In this document: piece after piece, positions 12,492 to 26,010 of the stretch
Layout of the letters: each line of letters starts with the position of its first letter
Position numbering within the stretch: the first letter of the stretch is position 1
NCBI RefSeq assembly: GCF_001194135.2
Contig: NC_068982.1
Coordinates: 1,867,630-1,931,629 of the forward strand
Source of the DNA: Octopus bimaculoides
Taxonomy: Eukaryota
Direction: 5' to 3'
DNA length: 64,000 nucleotides
Notes under the pieces: generated by a model
What the model saw: only the letters and a program-made list of their open reading frames with translations
What the model was told of the DNA's origin: nothing
Database searches by the model: none
Translations under genes and position numbers: made by a program

Positions 12492-13328
12492 GCATTCATA
12501 TATTCACAGAAAGACAGATTTGTGTATACATATACATACCTGCATATTTAAACACAGATGTCAGGCAGACAGACAGAGAAACAGGTAGAATAAATTTAAG
12601 GCTACTATGAATTAATTCTCAGTCTACATTTGGCAATGCGCCATTGCTTGAGAAACATCAGAAAGAGTGAAGACTGCTCTCCCCACCTACTTAAATTTGG
12701 TATCAACTCTAAATAGTCTCATAATGAGGTGCAGATAGCTGGCTACTGGATGGATAAATCTATAGATTGGTATAATATGGGAGACAACGCAAATAAGTGT
12801 GGCTTGGTATCTCTATAGCTTAATCTCACATTCACACATTAAAAATACGTACATAAATTTATAAACTCTTACAAATATTGTATATCTCACAACACACACA
12901 CACATGTATTCGAATATAGCGACAATCCTGTTCAGCTGTCGAGGCATATATAGTTGAAGTGCCTGGAGTATGGCGACTAGCATTATAAAGGGCAGGGCAG
13001 CGTGCCATCTATGACAGTCCTCAAACCGTAGCAGGGAACGGGGAGCTGTCCTCGATGGGTAGTGCTGATGGTGCTGGTGCTAAATGCTGTGGGTAGGTAG
13101 GTGAAGAGTAGGGTGAGAATCAGTGATGTTTGATTGACAGATTCAAAGAGGACTAATTGAGACATATAAAGAAGTCCAAACTGACCTCGGCATTGTAGTC
13201 ATTCAATAGGTAAAGAGCTATTGAATCTCTGTGTATACGCACATACATACGATGTAAGACTATGTATTTATTATATGTGTAAGTGTGTTTATAGACCTGT
13301 CTTCGTCCTTTGTTTTTCTGTAAATTTC

Positions 13329-13367
<39 letters not shown>

Positions 13368-13373
<6 letters not shown>

Positions 13374-14042
13374 ACTCTGCCGTCGGTTTCGGCGTATGAG
13401 CATCCGACAACCGACTCTTTCTATGTCAGTCATAATGCTTATGTTGAATGTGACGTTTAACTCTCGTCAACGATTTGCAAAGAAAGCCACAGATGTTGCG
13501 AGGATCACAGGTCACTGCATGTAATATATTTGCAGCCTCTTTTCTCCTTTACCTTGCACTCCGAAGCCTGTTAATGCTGGTTGCACCAACGTTTTTAATA
13601 CCATTTTGACAAAACGATCTCCATTTTGTTCGTTCCAAGGCTGTTCGCCCAAAGGTTTTGTGTGCTACCTTCATTTTGAAGAGGCTACTCTTCAGCTTGT
13701 CCTTATATCTCAGCCATGGTTGACCAACATTCCTGTGTCCACTCTCAAGCTGGCTGTGCATGAGGACTTTGGGTATTCTTTCGTCACTCATTCTGACGTC
13801 ATGGCCAGCCCAGTGCAATTGTGATTGCATGAGGAAGCTCTCAACTCTACCGATCTTACACTTGGTAAACAAGTCGGCATTAGAAACTTTGTCTTTTAGT
13901 GAATAACTGCAGATTGTCCTCAGACAGTCTTTGTGGAAGATGTCTAGTTGGTTAATGTGTCGTCTAGAGGGTATCCACAATTCTAAGCCATACAAGAGAG
14001 TAGTAAAAATGGCAGCTTTATAGACCTGTACTTTGGTATCAT
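13368..14042 (-). mobile_element. RTE-clade LINE, 5'-truncated 3' end
   Basis: TKVQVYKAAIFTTLLYGLELW..QLHWAGHDVRMSDERIPKVL..GHRNVGQPWLRYKDKLK; ends in (TA)n. Confidence 0.92.
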
Positions 14043-14903
14043 GTATGTATGTATGTATGTATGTAAGTATGCATGGAAGATTGAAATGGCATGTCAGATG
14101 AGTTCATACAGTGGTACCTGTTAGGTCTACCAGCCTGCTCACCTGTGCATTATGCAATAGAACGAGCAAATCTTTCGCCAGGCCTCACATCAATGATTCT
14201 GTCTAGCAATCGCTTTGCTCATATACGAGAAAGCAGCTAAGATATATACACATATGATACTGGTTCTGGCGTGACTATAATTAGAGGCAAGTACATTGTT
14301 TTAACTTTTAGAGTAAAAGGATAAATGAGCATGGGAACATTGTGAAGTTTCTAAATTTCCCAAGGGCGATGGAATCTCACAAACTGTTGACTCGAACATT
14401 TGAATTATTCCTCATTTTCAAGAAACTTTTACGTAAATATGTAATTCCAACTAATCTCTCTACTGGATGTTCTTCCAGTGACTTTTTTGTTCTTTCATTA
14501 CAACTTTAGAGAATTATGGGGGAGAACACTGGAACGAACGAATAAAATAGGAAGAATGGAAGACGATAAGCATCGCAAGTAAGAGAATGCGATCGAGGAG
14601 CAATAATTAGATTTTTAATGTCAGTCTCAATGATTTCCACATCCCATTACGAATTCATTAGAAACGACACACAGACACACATAAGTTACGTGCCTACCTA
14701 CACATGCATATATGTGTGTGCACGTGAGTGTGTATATATGTGTGTGTTTGCGCGCGCGTGTGTGATTGTATGTACGTCTGAGTATAAATGAATATATATG
14801 CTTATACATACATAGACAAACTCACATATATGAGTGTGTCTGTATAAATGACTATAGAGATACATATGCATATACATGAATATATATATATACATATATA
14901 TAT

Positions 14904-15157
14904 CTTCGAAACGCCGGTGTTAAAACGGGGGTAGCTGATGAAAAAGAATGTTCTCTATGTGGCTTGTGTGTTTTCTCCTCTACGTTTTGTTTGCAATGTC
15001 CTGTACACAGATATGCACCTATACATACAGGTGGATGTCGGTATGCACATACCTGTACGTATATATGCATATANNNNNNNNNNACACAGATATGCACCTA
15101 TACATACAGGTGGATGTCGGTATGCACATACCTGTACGTATATATGCATATACTCAT
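14904..15157 (+). mobile_element. Interspersed repeat family E (Penelope-like tail?)
   Basis: Second copy in inverted orientation at 19101-19309; carries cttcgaaacgcc and gctgatgaa motifs. Confidence 0.75.
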
Positions 15158-15169
15158 TTACTGTTTGTT

Positions 15170-15203
<34 letters not shown>

Positions 15204-15929
15204 CACGCAGACACGCACACACACGCATATATATCTGAGTGTGTTTACAATGAAGCAATGCTGGGGCATTTCCTCACCTTAAAGGTTTTATATTAATCAT
15301 GTCAGTCCTTCTGCTTATTCTGAAGTTTTGCGTTTATTGTATTGAATTCTATTTACACAGCTGGTGATTTACAAGGTTTAAGAATAAAGTCACCAGTTTT
15401 AAGTGGTGTTAGCATAAAGCCAATCGCAGAGACAAACATATATAAATATCTAAAAAAATATACCGAGGTAATAAGTAAAACATGATTAGGCAACAGATCA
15501 ATTGGCTTGCATAATAGGGACTATAAGCGTGTGGAAACATGTGTATGTCACACACACACATACACACACATACAGTGCATTTGTTTATGCGTGAGTGTGT
15601 GTGTGCGCGTGCATATATGTGTATGTGTGTATCAAATACACGTGTTTCCTCACGCTTGTAGTTGCTATTATGTAAGCCGATTGATCTGTTGCCTAATCAT
15701 ACTTTACTTATAACCTCGGTACTGCTAGGTATTTGGACCACATAGGGTATAGGAATGTGTTGTGTTTACTCTTTTTCCATATCAAGAGGCTAAAGTTGTC
15801 TTCGCATATGATGACTATTGGATACTTACTACTGACGCAGATCGGTGAAGCAGAAATACGTATTTTGTAATACACCTATAGCTTGTGAAGGATTTTTATC
15901 TACTACTGGAATATATGTCTTTTCTTTTT

Positions 15930-16056
<127 letters not shown>

Positions 16057-16192
16057 GTATATATAGTTGTCTAAGAATCCACAACTCAGCAAACAAGACA
16101 ATATTTGTCTTTTTTTCCCCATTCCGACCAATTCTAACGGGCAATAGTTGTGAGATAATCGTATGCTCACCAATGTGCCGAATGGATCGATA

Positions 16193-17312
16193 ATCTACCT
16201 ATCTAGGTCGTCCCACAAGATGTCCCAAGACTTTCCACACGTTTTTCTCACTCATCTCGATCTTCCATAATGGTCCTCAGCTCCTGTAACCCCTTCCATA
16301 CCAGTATCCTCCAGAAAGTTGTCGATATAGGTTTCTTCCTACTTCCTCTCCTGGTTCTTCCTTCCGTTGGTTACCAGAGCACCAGCTTGTTAGTAATTTC
16401 ATCGGTATGTCCGATGCAAGTGTCCAGCTAGCCTCATCCTTCTATGCTGTATCTTCAATGTTGATTTTGGTAGTCCCTGGTATAAGTGTCAGCATTTGTT
16501 GTATGACTCATCCAGTAGACATTGAGTGCCATTCTAAGCATCCTCGTATAATAACCGTTCAACTGTTTCTTCAATGCTTTTGCGACCGTCTATGTTTCAG
16601 CCCCGTATAGAACAGATTCCACTGTTGCCAGAAACACTCTAACTTTCAATTTCCTGGCTAACTTTGAACTCCATACCTTTCTCAATTTATACCATGCGCT
16701 CCAGGCAAGAGCATTCCTTAGTGCGATGTCTTTTTCGTACTTTGTGTCCACGCACCAAAGTATATGAAATTTTCAACTACCTTCAGAGACTTACCGTTTC
16801 TCACTTTTACTGACACAGGCATTTCGTGGTTGAATACTTGCAGCTCCGTTTTGTTTTTATTACAGTACAATCGTACCTTCCCCGATTGCTGCTTTAATCT
16901 GCTCAGCACCTCTTGTGCCTGATCTGCCCTCTCTGTTAGTAATGCCAGGTCATCAGACACGGTTACTGCTTGATGGCGTCTACTTCTTTACTTATGCAAT
17001 TTGAATCCCAGTCCTTCTTCCTTACCCTCGTACGTTCTATCCATTTACATAGTCCAGAACGATGTCGAAGAGATAAGGTGCTAGCGTGTCGCCTTGTAAT
17101 ACTCTCATATTGTTGCGCTTAGAAGACTGATAGAGGAGTTAAGAGCCATAACAGGAAGATTATCATTATCTATGTAGACTTTAAAAAGGCTTTTGATTCA
17201 GTACATAGAGGAATGGTGATGAAGTTACTTAGAGCATATGATATTCCACCAAGAATTCTGATAGCAATAAGTAAGCTGTATGACAACACCAGAACGAAAG
17301 TGATCACTCCTG
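16193..17312 (-). mobile_element. RTE-clade LINE with inverted 5' segment and 11-bp TSD
   Basis: Minus 16193-17104: VLQGDTLAPYLFDIVLDY..DDLALL..ESVLLYGAET..RMRLAGH; plus 17107-17317: HIVALRRLIE..IYVDFKKAFDSVHR..LYDNTRTKVITPDG; ATGGATCGATA at 16182-16192 and 17313-17323. Confidence 0.93.
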
Positions 17313-17397
17313 ATGGATCGATACGATCAGCCGTATTGGATCTATAATACTATATGTTTTGATTAATATACTTACATATGATCAGTGGGTGTATGCT

Positions 17398-17650
17398 TAC
17401 TCGGCTAACATTTGCAGACGACATGATGTTACTCTACTCGTCGGAAAGGGATCTCCGACATGCGTTTCACAAGTATGCTGCCGAGTGCTGCTCGGCAGGA
17501 ATGGAAACCAAGGAAGACTGGAGGAAGATGGTTGTATAACATCCATGAGCTCGTTTGATCTCAGTTTGAGATCCAACCGGGTCAGTTGGAGACAGCTCTG
17601 ACAGAAGTCGATGGAAGGCCTACTTGAGGACACTGCCCTCACGACAATCT
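17398..17650 (+). mobile_element. RTE-clade RT fragment (different family)
   Basis: RLTFADDMMLLYSSERDLRHAFHKYAAECCSAGME. Confidence 0.8.
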
Positions 17651-18698
17651 CGGGAATATTGGGAAGAAAATTAGATGAAACATATATAGATAGATCATCT
17701 GGGATAAGTTAATCAGGGAACTTCTACGGACAGTGTGTATCTGAAAACTGTAAAAGGAGAATATACCCTTATGTTTGAAATAAACGGAAAATCCCGAATT
17801 TCCCTTTTCATTGTAGAGCACGAATAAAAACAATTGGACATTAGATTTTTAATCACATTTTGATTTCATAGTTGACAATTGTTTCAAAAATTCTATACAA
17901 ACAAATCCCGCGTTTTGTTTATAAAATTGCCCGTTATTAATAATCGAGTTATATGCTACGTTACATGTCTACATAACCATGCATTGAATTTTCTCGTGAG
18001 AATTGTTTATAAAAACAATACACAAAAATAATCGGTTTTCTCACTTCTATACGAAACATTTAGCGACGATCGGAATAGTCAGGGCGAAGATTTAGAATTT
18101 TATCAACAAAATAGCAAGGACAAAAGAGAGGAAGAGAGGAAAAAAAAAAAAAAGAGAGAGAATAACAAAACGTTCAGCTCCGTTCAACCTTAAATACAGA
18201 ATCAGATAAGTGTCAAGAAAATCTCCTGCTGTGTTAGTCTGCCATCAATAGAATTGGTCATAGACTATCAGTACCATTCTGTGATACTAAATTACTTACA
18301 GGTCACCGCTGCGGAATTTTGTTTTTTGGATAATAGACCTCATGTCTACAGATCAAAACACAAATATTTTATTGGCTCCAAACACGTACACACACACACA
18401 TATACATACATAAATTTCAAACCAACACTTTGAAAAGCATACAACTACACATTCACACACTTGTAATACTGTATGCATATTTATATATAAACGTATTACA
18501 ACATTGTTTTGTGTTCCGCATGCCACTATGTATATAAATAATTGGATAATTGTACCCGCACATACAACAATATATACATATACACGTGTGTGTGTATGTA
18601 ATGTAAATATATATACGTACATTCATATATAAATGTACATATGTATACACACACGCACATATACTTGTAAAGCTGTGAGTATGTGTGTGTATGTATAT

Positions 18699-18734
<36 letters not shown>

Positions 18735-19082
18735 ATGCCTCTAGCACTCTTTTTGCATTTTATAAACCAGAGCATGTATTTAAATAAATGGATAAGCATG
18801 CACCCTAATACATACCCGCACACATACACACACACACACACACATACATGCATGCATACATACATACATACACGTATATACACATCCTTCATTAATAATT
18901 CATTTCATATGTATAAACGTTTATTATCCCATAGCATATACTTGTATATACTCTCTCTTTCCTACCATATATACACTACATTTCACACATAAGCTCAGCA
19001 ATAATCGTACCGACAATCAAGAAACATTTGTAAAATTGCAAATATATGCATATAAATGCAAATACATATCTCATCCCCTCCC

Positions 19083-19100
<18 letters not shown>

Positions 19101-19113
<13 letters not shown>

Positions 19114-19308
19114 AATTAGTATATGCACATATACGTACATGTATGTACATACCTGCATCTACCTGTATATATAGATGCATATCTGGGTACAGGACGTTGC
19201 AAACAAACCGTAGACAAAATGATAAACAGAGTACAGAAAACACACAGGCCACATAGAGAATATTTCCTTCATCAGCTGCCACCATTCCAACACTGGCGTT
19301 TCGAAGAG

Positions 19309-19309
<1 letters not shown>
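19101..19309 (-). mobile_element. Interspersed repeat family E, second copy
   Basis: Reverse complement aligns by eye with 14904-15157. Confidence 0.75.
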
Positions 19310-19350
<41 letters not shown>

Positions 19351-19569
19351 TTTTATGAATCACAACCAAAATCGGAAGGTTAAAGCAGGACATAGATTCC
19401 AGTTCAGGTGTTATTTTCAGGTGAGTATCTGTACAGCCGATGACATGGATCATCAGGTTATCTCAACCTAATAATTATTTCCTTTACTTCGTCCTTAATG
19501 TCCTGATTATATATTCGTGAATCGGTACTTTTGTAAATTTTTTATACATCGATGGTTACATCGTATAAT

Positions 19570-19730
19570 GATTTCAGAGTGTTTTTCTATCAGTTTCTGT
19601 CTATCAAATGCGTTTACAAGGCTTTGATTGTCCCGGGGCTTAGTAGGAGACACTTGGCGAAGGTGACACATAGCTGGACTGAACCTGGACCTATTTGGTT
19701 GGAAAGCAAGATTCTTACCACGCTTGCACT
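19570..19730 (-). mobile_element. SINE family C, 5' part
   Basis: tRNA-like head rc gcgtggtaagaatcttgctttccaaccaaataggtccaggttcagtcc..caccttcgccaagtgtctcctact. Confidence 0.85.
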
Positions 19731-19925
19731 TATTTCTCTCTCTTTCTCTATTTATCTATCTATTTGAAAAAATGAGCAGAGATGGGTTTTTTTGGTGGTG
19801 GTGGTGGGATAATTTTTATTTTAATCTTAATATTTACAATCAAAATTATTCTCCCCAAAAAGCCATCTCTATTCATTTTTTTACAAATATATATAATACT
19901 GTACCAATAACTTTTCTTATTATTC

Positions 19926-19928
<3 letters not shown>

Positions 19929-19997
<69 letters not shown>
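19929..19997. repeat. (TA)n microsatellite
   Basis: Direct reading. Confidence 0.97.
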
Positions 19998-20000
<3 letters not shown>

Positions 20001-20962
20001 TGTATATACGGTCTTTTACATGTGGATATATATATATATATATATATACATACATACATGCGTTGAATATTTTCAACGCATAAGACATCTACTGTTTATG
20101 TTCATCAACAGCGGTCGATTTTCCGTTTCCAGGTGAAAGAAAAAGTGCCATAAAATGATGTGCCTGTTATATGGAAGTCTCAGGCAACACGATAGACACA
20201 AATCAAGCTAGTTGTGAAACAGCAATGCTGTTACTGTTGCTAAGGAACAGCCACTTCATGACAAACATTTAAGGATTTTCGTATTGATTTTTTTGTGTAT
20301 TTTATTTCTATCTTTGTCTGATTTTTCTTTTACTGACATATTTGCCTAATTATTAATATGCCAGTGATCATCATAATCATCATCATTAAAAACAGCTGCA
20401 CCACCACAACACAACAGCAACATGATCCACATTACAACGGCAGCTGCCATTTGGCCACTGTGATAACCATCATTAGTTCTCTCGCTTTCGTCATCGCCGT
20501 CAGATCGCAGAACAAAACCATTCTCTGTCGACCAAGAATTTCGAAAGCAAGGTAACCAAATAATTGACTTGCACAAACGGAAGAATATGCAGTCAACGTA
20601 AAGAGACAATAGACCATATTGTCAACGTCTAAAAAGCCATTGCATTGTACTCTCAAGTATGGCCGTAAGTAGGTATATCACTTGATCAATGACGAGATAT
20701 ACAAGTAAAAATAAAAATAAAGATTAGAATTACAAATATATATACAAATAATTCTGTCTGTGCCGCCAGTGGTAGAGACGAAGTATCATTTAAATAGAAC
20801 AACAATAATGCTACATTGAAAGCAATTACAAGAGATTTCCTCACGCCGAATCGGACACTTGTCGGACAATAATCTCTGTTAAATAAAATAACCCGTACAA
20901 TACACAAAAGCAACACAAGAATCCCAACCCAAAGCAACCCATGCAAAATCTACGACAATTTA

Positions 20963-21525
20963 CAACAAAATTTTTATTTACTGTTTCAGTCTTAGATTGC
21001 GTCCAGGCTGGAGCACCCACCACCTTAAAAAATTTAATCGTACTAATCGATCTCGGTATTTAGTTATACTTTTTAAAGCCTGGTACTTATTATATCTCTC
21101 TTTTGCCGACGTGAACACACCAACACCGGTTGCTAAGAATTGGAGGACAAACATACACGCGCGCGCGCACATACACACAGTTTCTTATTTCTTTCTTGCC
21201 CACAAGGGGCTAAACGTAGAGGGGACAAACAAGGACAGACAAAGGGATTAAGACGATTACATCGACCCCAGTGTGTAAGTGGTACTCAATTTATCGACCC
21301 TGAAAGGGTGAAAGGCAAAGTCAACCTCAGCGGAATTTGAACTCAGAACGTAACGGCAAACGAAATACTGCTAAGCATTTCGCCCGGCGTGCTAACGTTT
21401 CTGCCAGCTCGCCGCCTAGTTTCTGTCTACCAAATCCACACTCAAGGTGCCACACAGTGGGGGTGAACCTGGAACCATGTGGGTGAGGAGCACCCATCTT
21501 ATCACACAACCACGTCTGAGTCTAT
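20963..21525 (-). mobile_element. SINE family C interrupted by a nested family B copy
   Basis: Head at 21425-21525 and tail at 20963-21178 match family C. Confidence 0.8.
21186..21417 (-). mobile_element. SINE family B nested in family C, 7-bp TSD
   Basis: rc ggcggcgagctggcagaaacgttagcacgccgggcgaaatgc..; AGTTTCT at 21179-21185 and 21418-21424. Confidence 0.88.
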
Positions 21526-23561
21526 GACGTAGGTATTAACAGTCGGAAAATTTCTTCATGTTTATGAATTTTCATGATAATGATGATGATGATGATGGTG
21601 GTGGTGGTGAAGATGATGGCGACGACGGGGATGACAACAGTGTTGTTAGCGGGAGGGAAATGTTATTGATGATGTTGCTGTTGTTGCAGCTGCCGCTGTG
21701 GATAATGGCAAAGATGACGGTGATAAAAACATTTTTGTATTACCAGAAAAAGTCATAGAACCGTGGCCCCGAGAAGACAATAAGTATTTATTTATCGCCC
21801 AGAAGAATAAAAGTCAGGTATAAACACGCTACTGAGAACCGATAGAGTTCCGATGCTAACGCAGTTCATGTTTTGTCTTGAAATGTTATAGAATTCTTGT
21901 CTTCATGCATAGGTGACTTTGAATAATAATATCGTACTGTCCTTCATTTCGTTTATAAAAGGGCCTATGATAAACGTTAAGCCTATATTGTTGCTGTTAT
22001 GAATGTATTTTAAGTGGTAGGGTGCAGAACCAGTTTAATGCTGGACAAATACATTGCGCTGTTAAGCCATATTGTTTTTATATTGTGAATAAAAAAACAA
22101 CAAAACCATAATCCAATGCGGCCTTGTTTTTCAATTGTCATCCTTCCGGAACCAAGAAATTATTTACCGGTTATATGCCCAATAATAAATTGCATGGATT
22201 TCGTAAATCTCGTTCATTACGAATAAATAGCTTAGTGTCAAAATAGAAAATTATTTTTAAGAAAAGGCTTGGATGGCAGAAGAAGTGAGTTAAACGAAAG
22301 ATAAAATTTTATTCATTCTTTTTGCCTTTTTATAACTGCAAGGCCCATATGCTCCAACGCACCAGGATCGATTTGATCGTTTATACACCATCCCCACAAT
22401 TGTATTAAGCTCGAACTGTCCCCCACCCCCAGTTTAGCTGCTTCTAAAAATACCTACTGTTAATAATTAACCCTTTAAGTAATTCCGGATGAAGTACAAT
22501 CAATTGAATGACTGAATAAGTAAACGCAGTTAATAGTTATTTGCGCATATATTGGGGTTGACTGAACAGTATTCAGTAACGCCCTCATACGGCATCGAAA
22601 AGAAAAACAGTATCAGAATCCATTTCATACAACAAGCAGTATATACAGTGGATTGTGCATATTTCTTTGTTTTGCTATTTAGTCACAGAGATGTGGTCAA
22701 CACACATATGACCTGTTTTTTTATTTGCCCAAGTCTTGCGAGACATTTTCGAAAAGGGAAGGAAGTAATCCATGAAACGAAGGTAGGATCCAAAATATCC
22801 TAACTGAAAGCTGTTCAATAAAGTTTAACAATGATCATGTGGTTAGGGTTCAAGTTGCGATGGATTAAGTCTACGACTCAAATACGATTATAAAGGAAAC
22901 AATGGTAATCATTTTGCTATAGGCATGCAGGTATCTATTTAATATATGGAAAAGGCAAATGAAAAACTAGGGCGAGATATGAGTAATGGGATTCAAGGCA
23001 GAGATTATGTCTTGCGTTCCCATCATTTTTTCTCTCTTCGTCTGAGTTACGGACGATGAATAGTGAACACCACAAAATGTTTCGGAGACTTCAACAAAAA
23101 TGTTTGCTGTACTGAGGCAGGTTCTGACACCAGACACAGAGGAACTAGAAAGAGCCATTACACTACTAATCCGGGCAAAGTATATTGTCTGGGACAGCAA
23201 TGAGGGAAAACTAAAACTGGCCTTCTGACAGTAAACTGGAAAGCGGTCACAGAGGAAGTCTTAAAGAAGAATCAGTGACCGCAGAAAAGGGGAAAAAAAA
23301 AAAAACAAAAAACGGAACTGGCGACAACCAAAAGTAAATCAGAATGACTTGACGCATTCCTTTAAGAAAGTTTGGAACATATTTGAGGAAGGGCAGATTA
23401 AAAGTGCCACTTGTCTGTTAATCTGAAGAGCAGGAAATATGGTGGACGGATTCTTTCGAAAATTAGATTTACTAGTCACGTGTGATTGCATATATATTCA
23501 CTGAAGCATTACACGAACACCTAACTCTTACCTTAATACTTACAATATATTGTACAGGTGA

Positions 23562-23564
<3 letters not shown>

Positions 23565-23598
<34 letters not shown>

Positions 23599-23799
23599 GC
23601 CCTTTTGATCGTCTTTTTTTTTCTCACGATCCCTTTTGATCGGAATTTTATTTTTCTTCTTTTTTTTCTATTTTCGAAAAGAAAAGCTCTACATTGTATT
23701 TTGTACCCTCTGTGTTCGGCCCTGTGTAGCTAATAAAGAAACTTATCTGTCTATCTGTGTGACTGACTTCCTGCGTGTCTATCTATCTATCTATCTATC

Positions 23800-23868
<69 letters not shown>

Positions 23869-23880
23869 GTGTGTGTGCGC
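23565..23880. repeat. (ATCT)n/(GTCT)n tracts
   Basis: Direct reading; a second cluster at 24290-24550. Confidence 0.9.
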
Positions 23881-24421
23881 ACGCGTGTTTGTGTATTTTT
23901 CATACATCATCATTTAATGTGTAGGAGTTCGTTTCAAAATCACGAGGGTTCTGTGTCTGCTGCCATACATGGCATTTTGAGCATGTTGCTATTTTTTATT
24001 CTATTATTACATCGAGGCAATCCAGAAATTTTACGAGTCAAACCGGAAACAAGGTTGACGGAAACATTTTGCAAGCCTTTCAGATAGATTGTACCAAAGG
24101 CAGGCCCTTCTCAAATATTAACACAGTTTCTGGTTTGAGAATCACGTTAAGGGCTCGCATGGTTGTAGATTACTCAGACGGATACAAGCTAATCAGACAA
24201 TTGAATCAACACAGCCAAAAACCGTTAGATCTGTCTTCTCACTCCGTCTGTCCCTCTCTCTCTCTATCACTTAATCAATCTACCTCTGTCTCTCTGTCTA
24301 TCCACCTCTCTGTCTGTCTGTCAGCTCTACTTTGTATTTTGTCCCCCCCCCCTGTGTTCGGCCCTGTGTGGCTAATAAACACATCTATCTATCCCTCTCA
24401 CTCTGTCTTCCTCTGTCTGTT

Positions 24422-24464
<43 letters not shown>

Positions 24465-25721
24465 GTTGATCAATCTACTTGTCTCTGTCTACCGTCTGTC
24501 TGTCTGTCTGTCTCTATCTCCTCCAACTTTCTCTCTCTCTCTCTCTATGCAAGATTGCTTGTATGTCAGCTGATAAGTACATCAGATGTGTTTGCGCGCA
24601 CGCATATCTGCAAGTGACTGTATGTGCGTATGTATTTGTGTGCGTGCATAGGTACAAAAAATTCTTCTAGGGGGAATCATTATAACGTTAAAGAGAGTGG
24701 TAATGCAAGTTCCCTTATTTAAATATCAGTTTCTCCTAGTGCATTCGAGAAACAACAAAATGGGTGTATATATGGTTAAGTTATTCTAATCCAACATGGC
24801 AATAAACTATTTAAACGAAGGGCGTTCACAATTTCTTTCCTTCTAGGCAAACAGGTAAGTTTAGTTGAATCTGTTTACCCCGAAGGAAAACGACACGATA
24901 AATGGTGAGGAAAAAAACACGCGGTTTTACTGCCTCTGTTTTTTAAACCCCGATTTGTTCATTGCATGATAATAATAATAATGAACCCCCTGTACGACCA
25001 CCACCCAAGAGAAAACTAGCCAGATAAACTGTAAAACGTATCTTGTTTCTCGAAAAAGTAAGTACTTACATTCATGCGTGTGTGTGTGTGTGTTCGTAAC
25101 TATATCTTCTAGAATTATATAGTTAGGAAATGCGTAGAAAATATAATTTATAGGGTATAAATACTGAAATCTGCTTTGCATTTTCTAAAAATCATATCTA
25201 CTAAATGTGTTTTAATATGTATGAATGTGTATATGTGCATGTATATATATATATATATATATATATANNNNNNNNNNNNNNNNNNNNNNNNNNNNNNNNN
25301 NNNNNNNNNNNNNNNNNNNNNNNNNNNNNNNNNNTATATTATATATGCATACATTACATGCATACTTATATAAACACACATCTATATATATATATATATA
25401 TATATATTTACATACATGTATATTGTACACTTTCCTGTGTACAAACACTTTGTTGGCTATGACTCAATTATTGTGGAATTATGCAATAATTCCACGATAA
25501 TTGTAGAATCACTGCGGAACTTTCATGTAAACTACAGGTCAACAAGAAAACGGCGTTCAGATAAATTATGATTTCCGCATCAAAATAGCAAAAGTTATCC
25601 GATAGAGGGAGATGACATTTGTTTGTATAGTTCCAGCATGTGACATTGAATTCAATAAGAAATGATGAATTGGAAGCTGATAGGAACACATTCGATCCGA
25701 TTGGCAAACGTTTGTGTAAGT

Positions 25722-26010
25722 GGCACTTCGTCGGTCACGACGATGAGTGTTCCATTTGAAATGATCAATGGAAAAACCTGCCCGTGGAATTAACATACAA
25801 GTGGCTGAGCACTCCAGACACGTGTGCTCTTAACATAGTTCGCATGGAGTTTCAGTGTGACAAAGTTGGGGGTCTTTAAATTCCACGTACAACACATTGT
25901 CAGCTGAGTGAACTGCAGCGACGAGAAATAGTGCCTTGCTCGAGGACACAACGTTCCTCCGAGATTCGAACTCGTTACTAGACGTATACCTTAAACACTA
26001 AATCACACGC
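25722..26010 (-). mobile_element. SINE family A, diverged near-full copy
   Basis: gcacttcgtcggtcacgacgatgagtgttcc..aagtggctgagcactccagacacgtgt..gccttgctcgaggacacaacg..gattcgaactcg is the rc of 8297-8612. Confidence 0.88.

Noticed and set aside
15004-15152. Exact ~70-bp duplication on either side of a 10-N gap
   Set aside because: Most likely unmerged contig overlap; the sister copy at 19101-19309 has only one unit.
22967-23260. Protein-like text (LRQVLTPDTEELERAITLLIRAKYIVW..) and similar at 48790-48890
   Set aside because: Possibly old LINE ends but no diagnostic motif; cannot classify.
24069-24240. Non-repetitive start of the 182-aa ORF
   Set aside because: No splice sites or recognisable domain; ORF length comes from the downstream CT/ATCT repeats.
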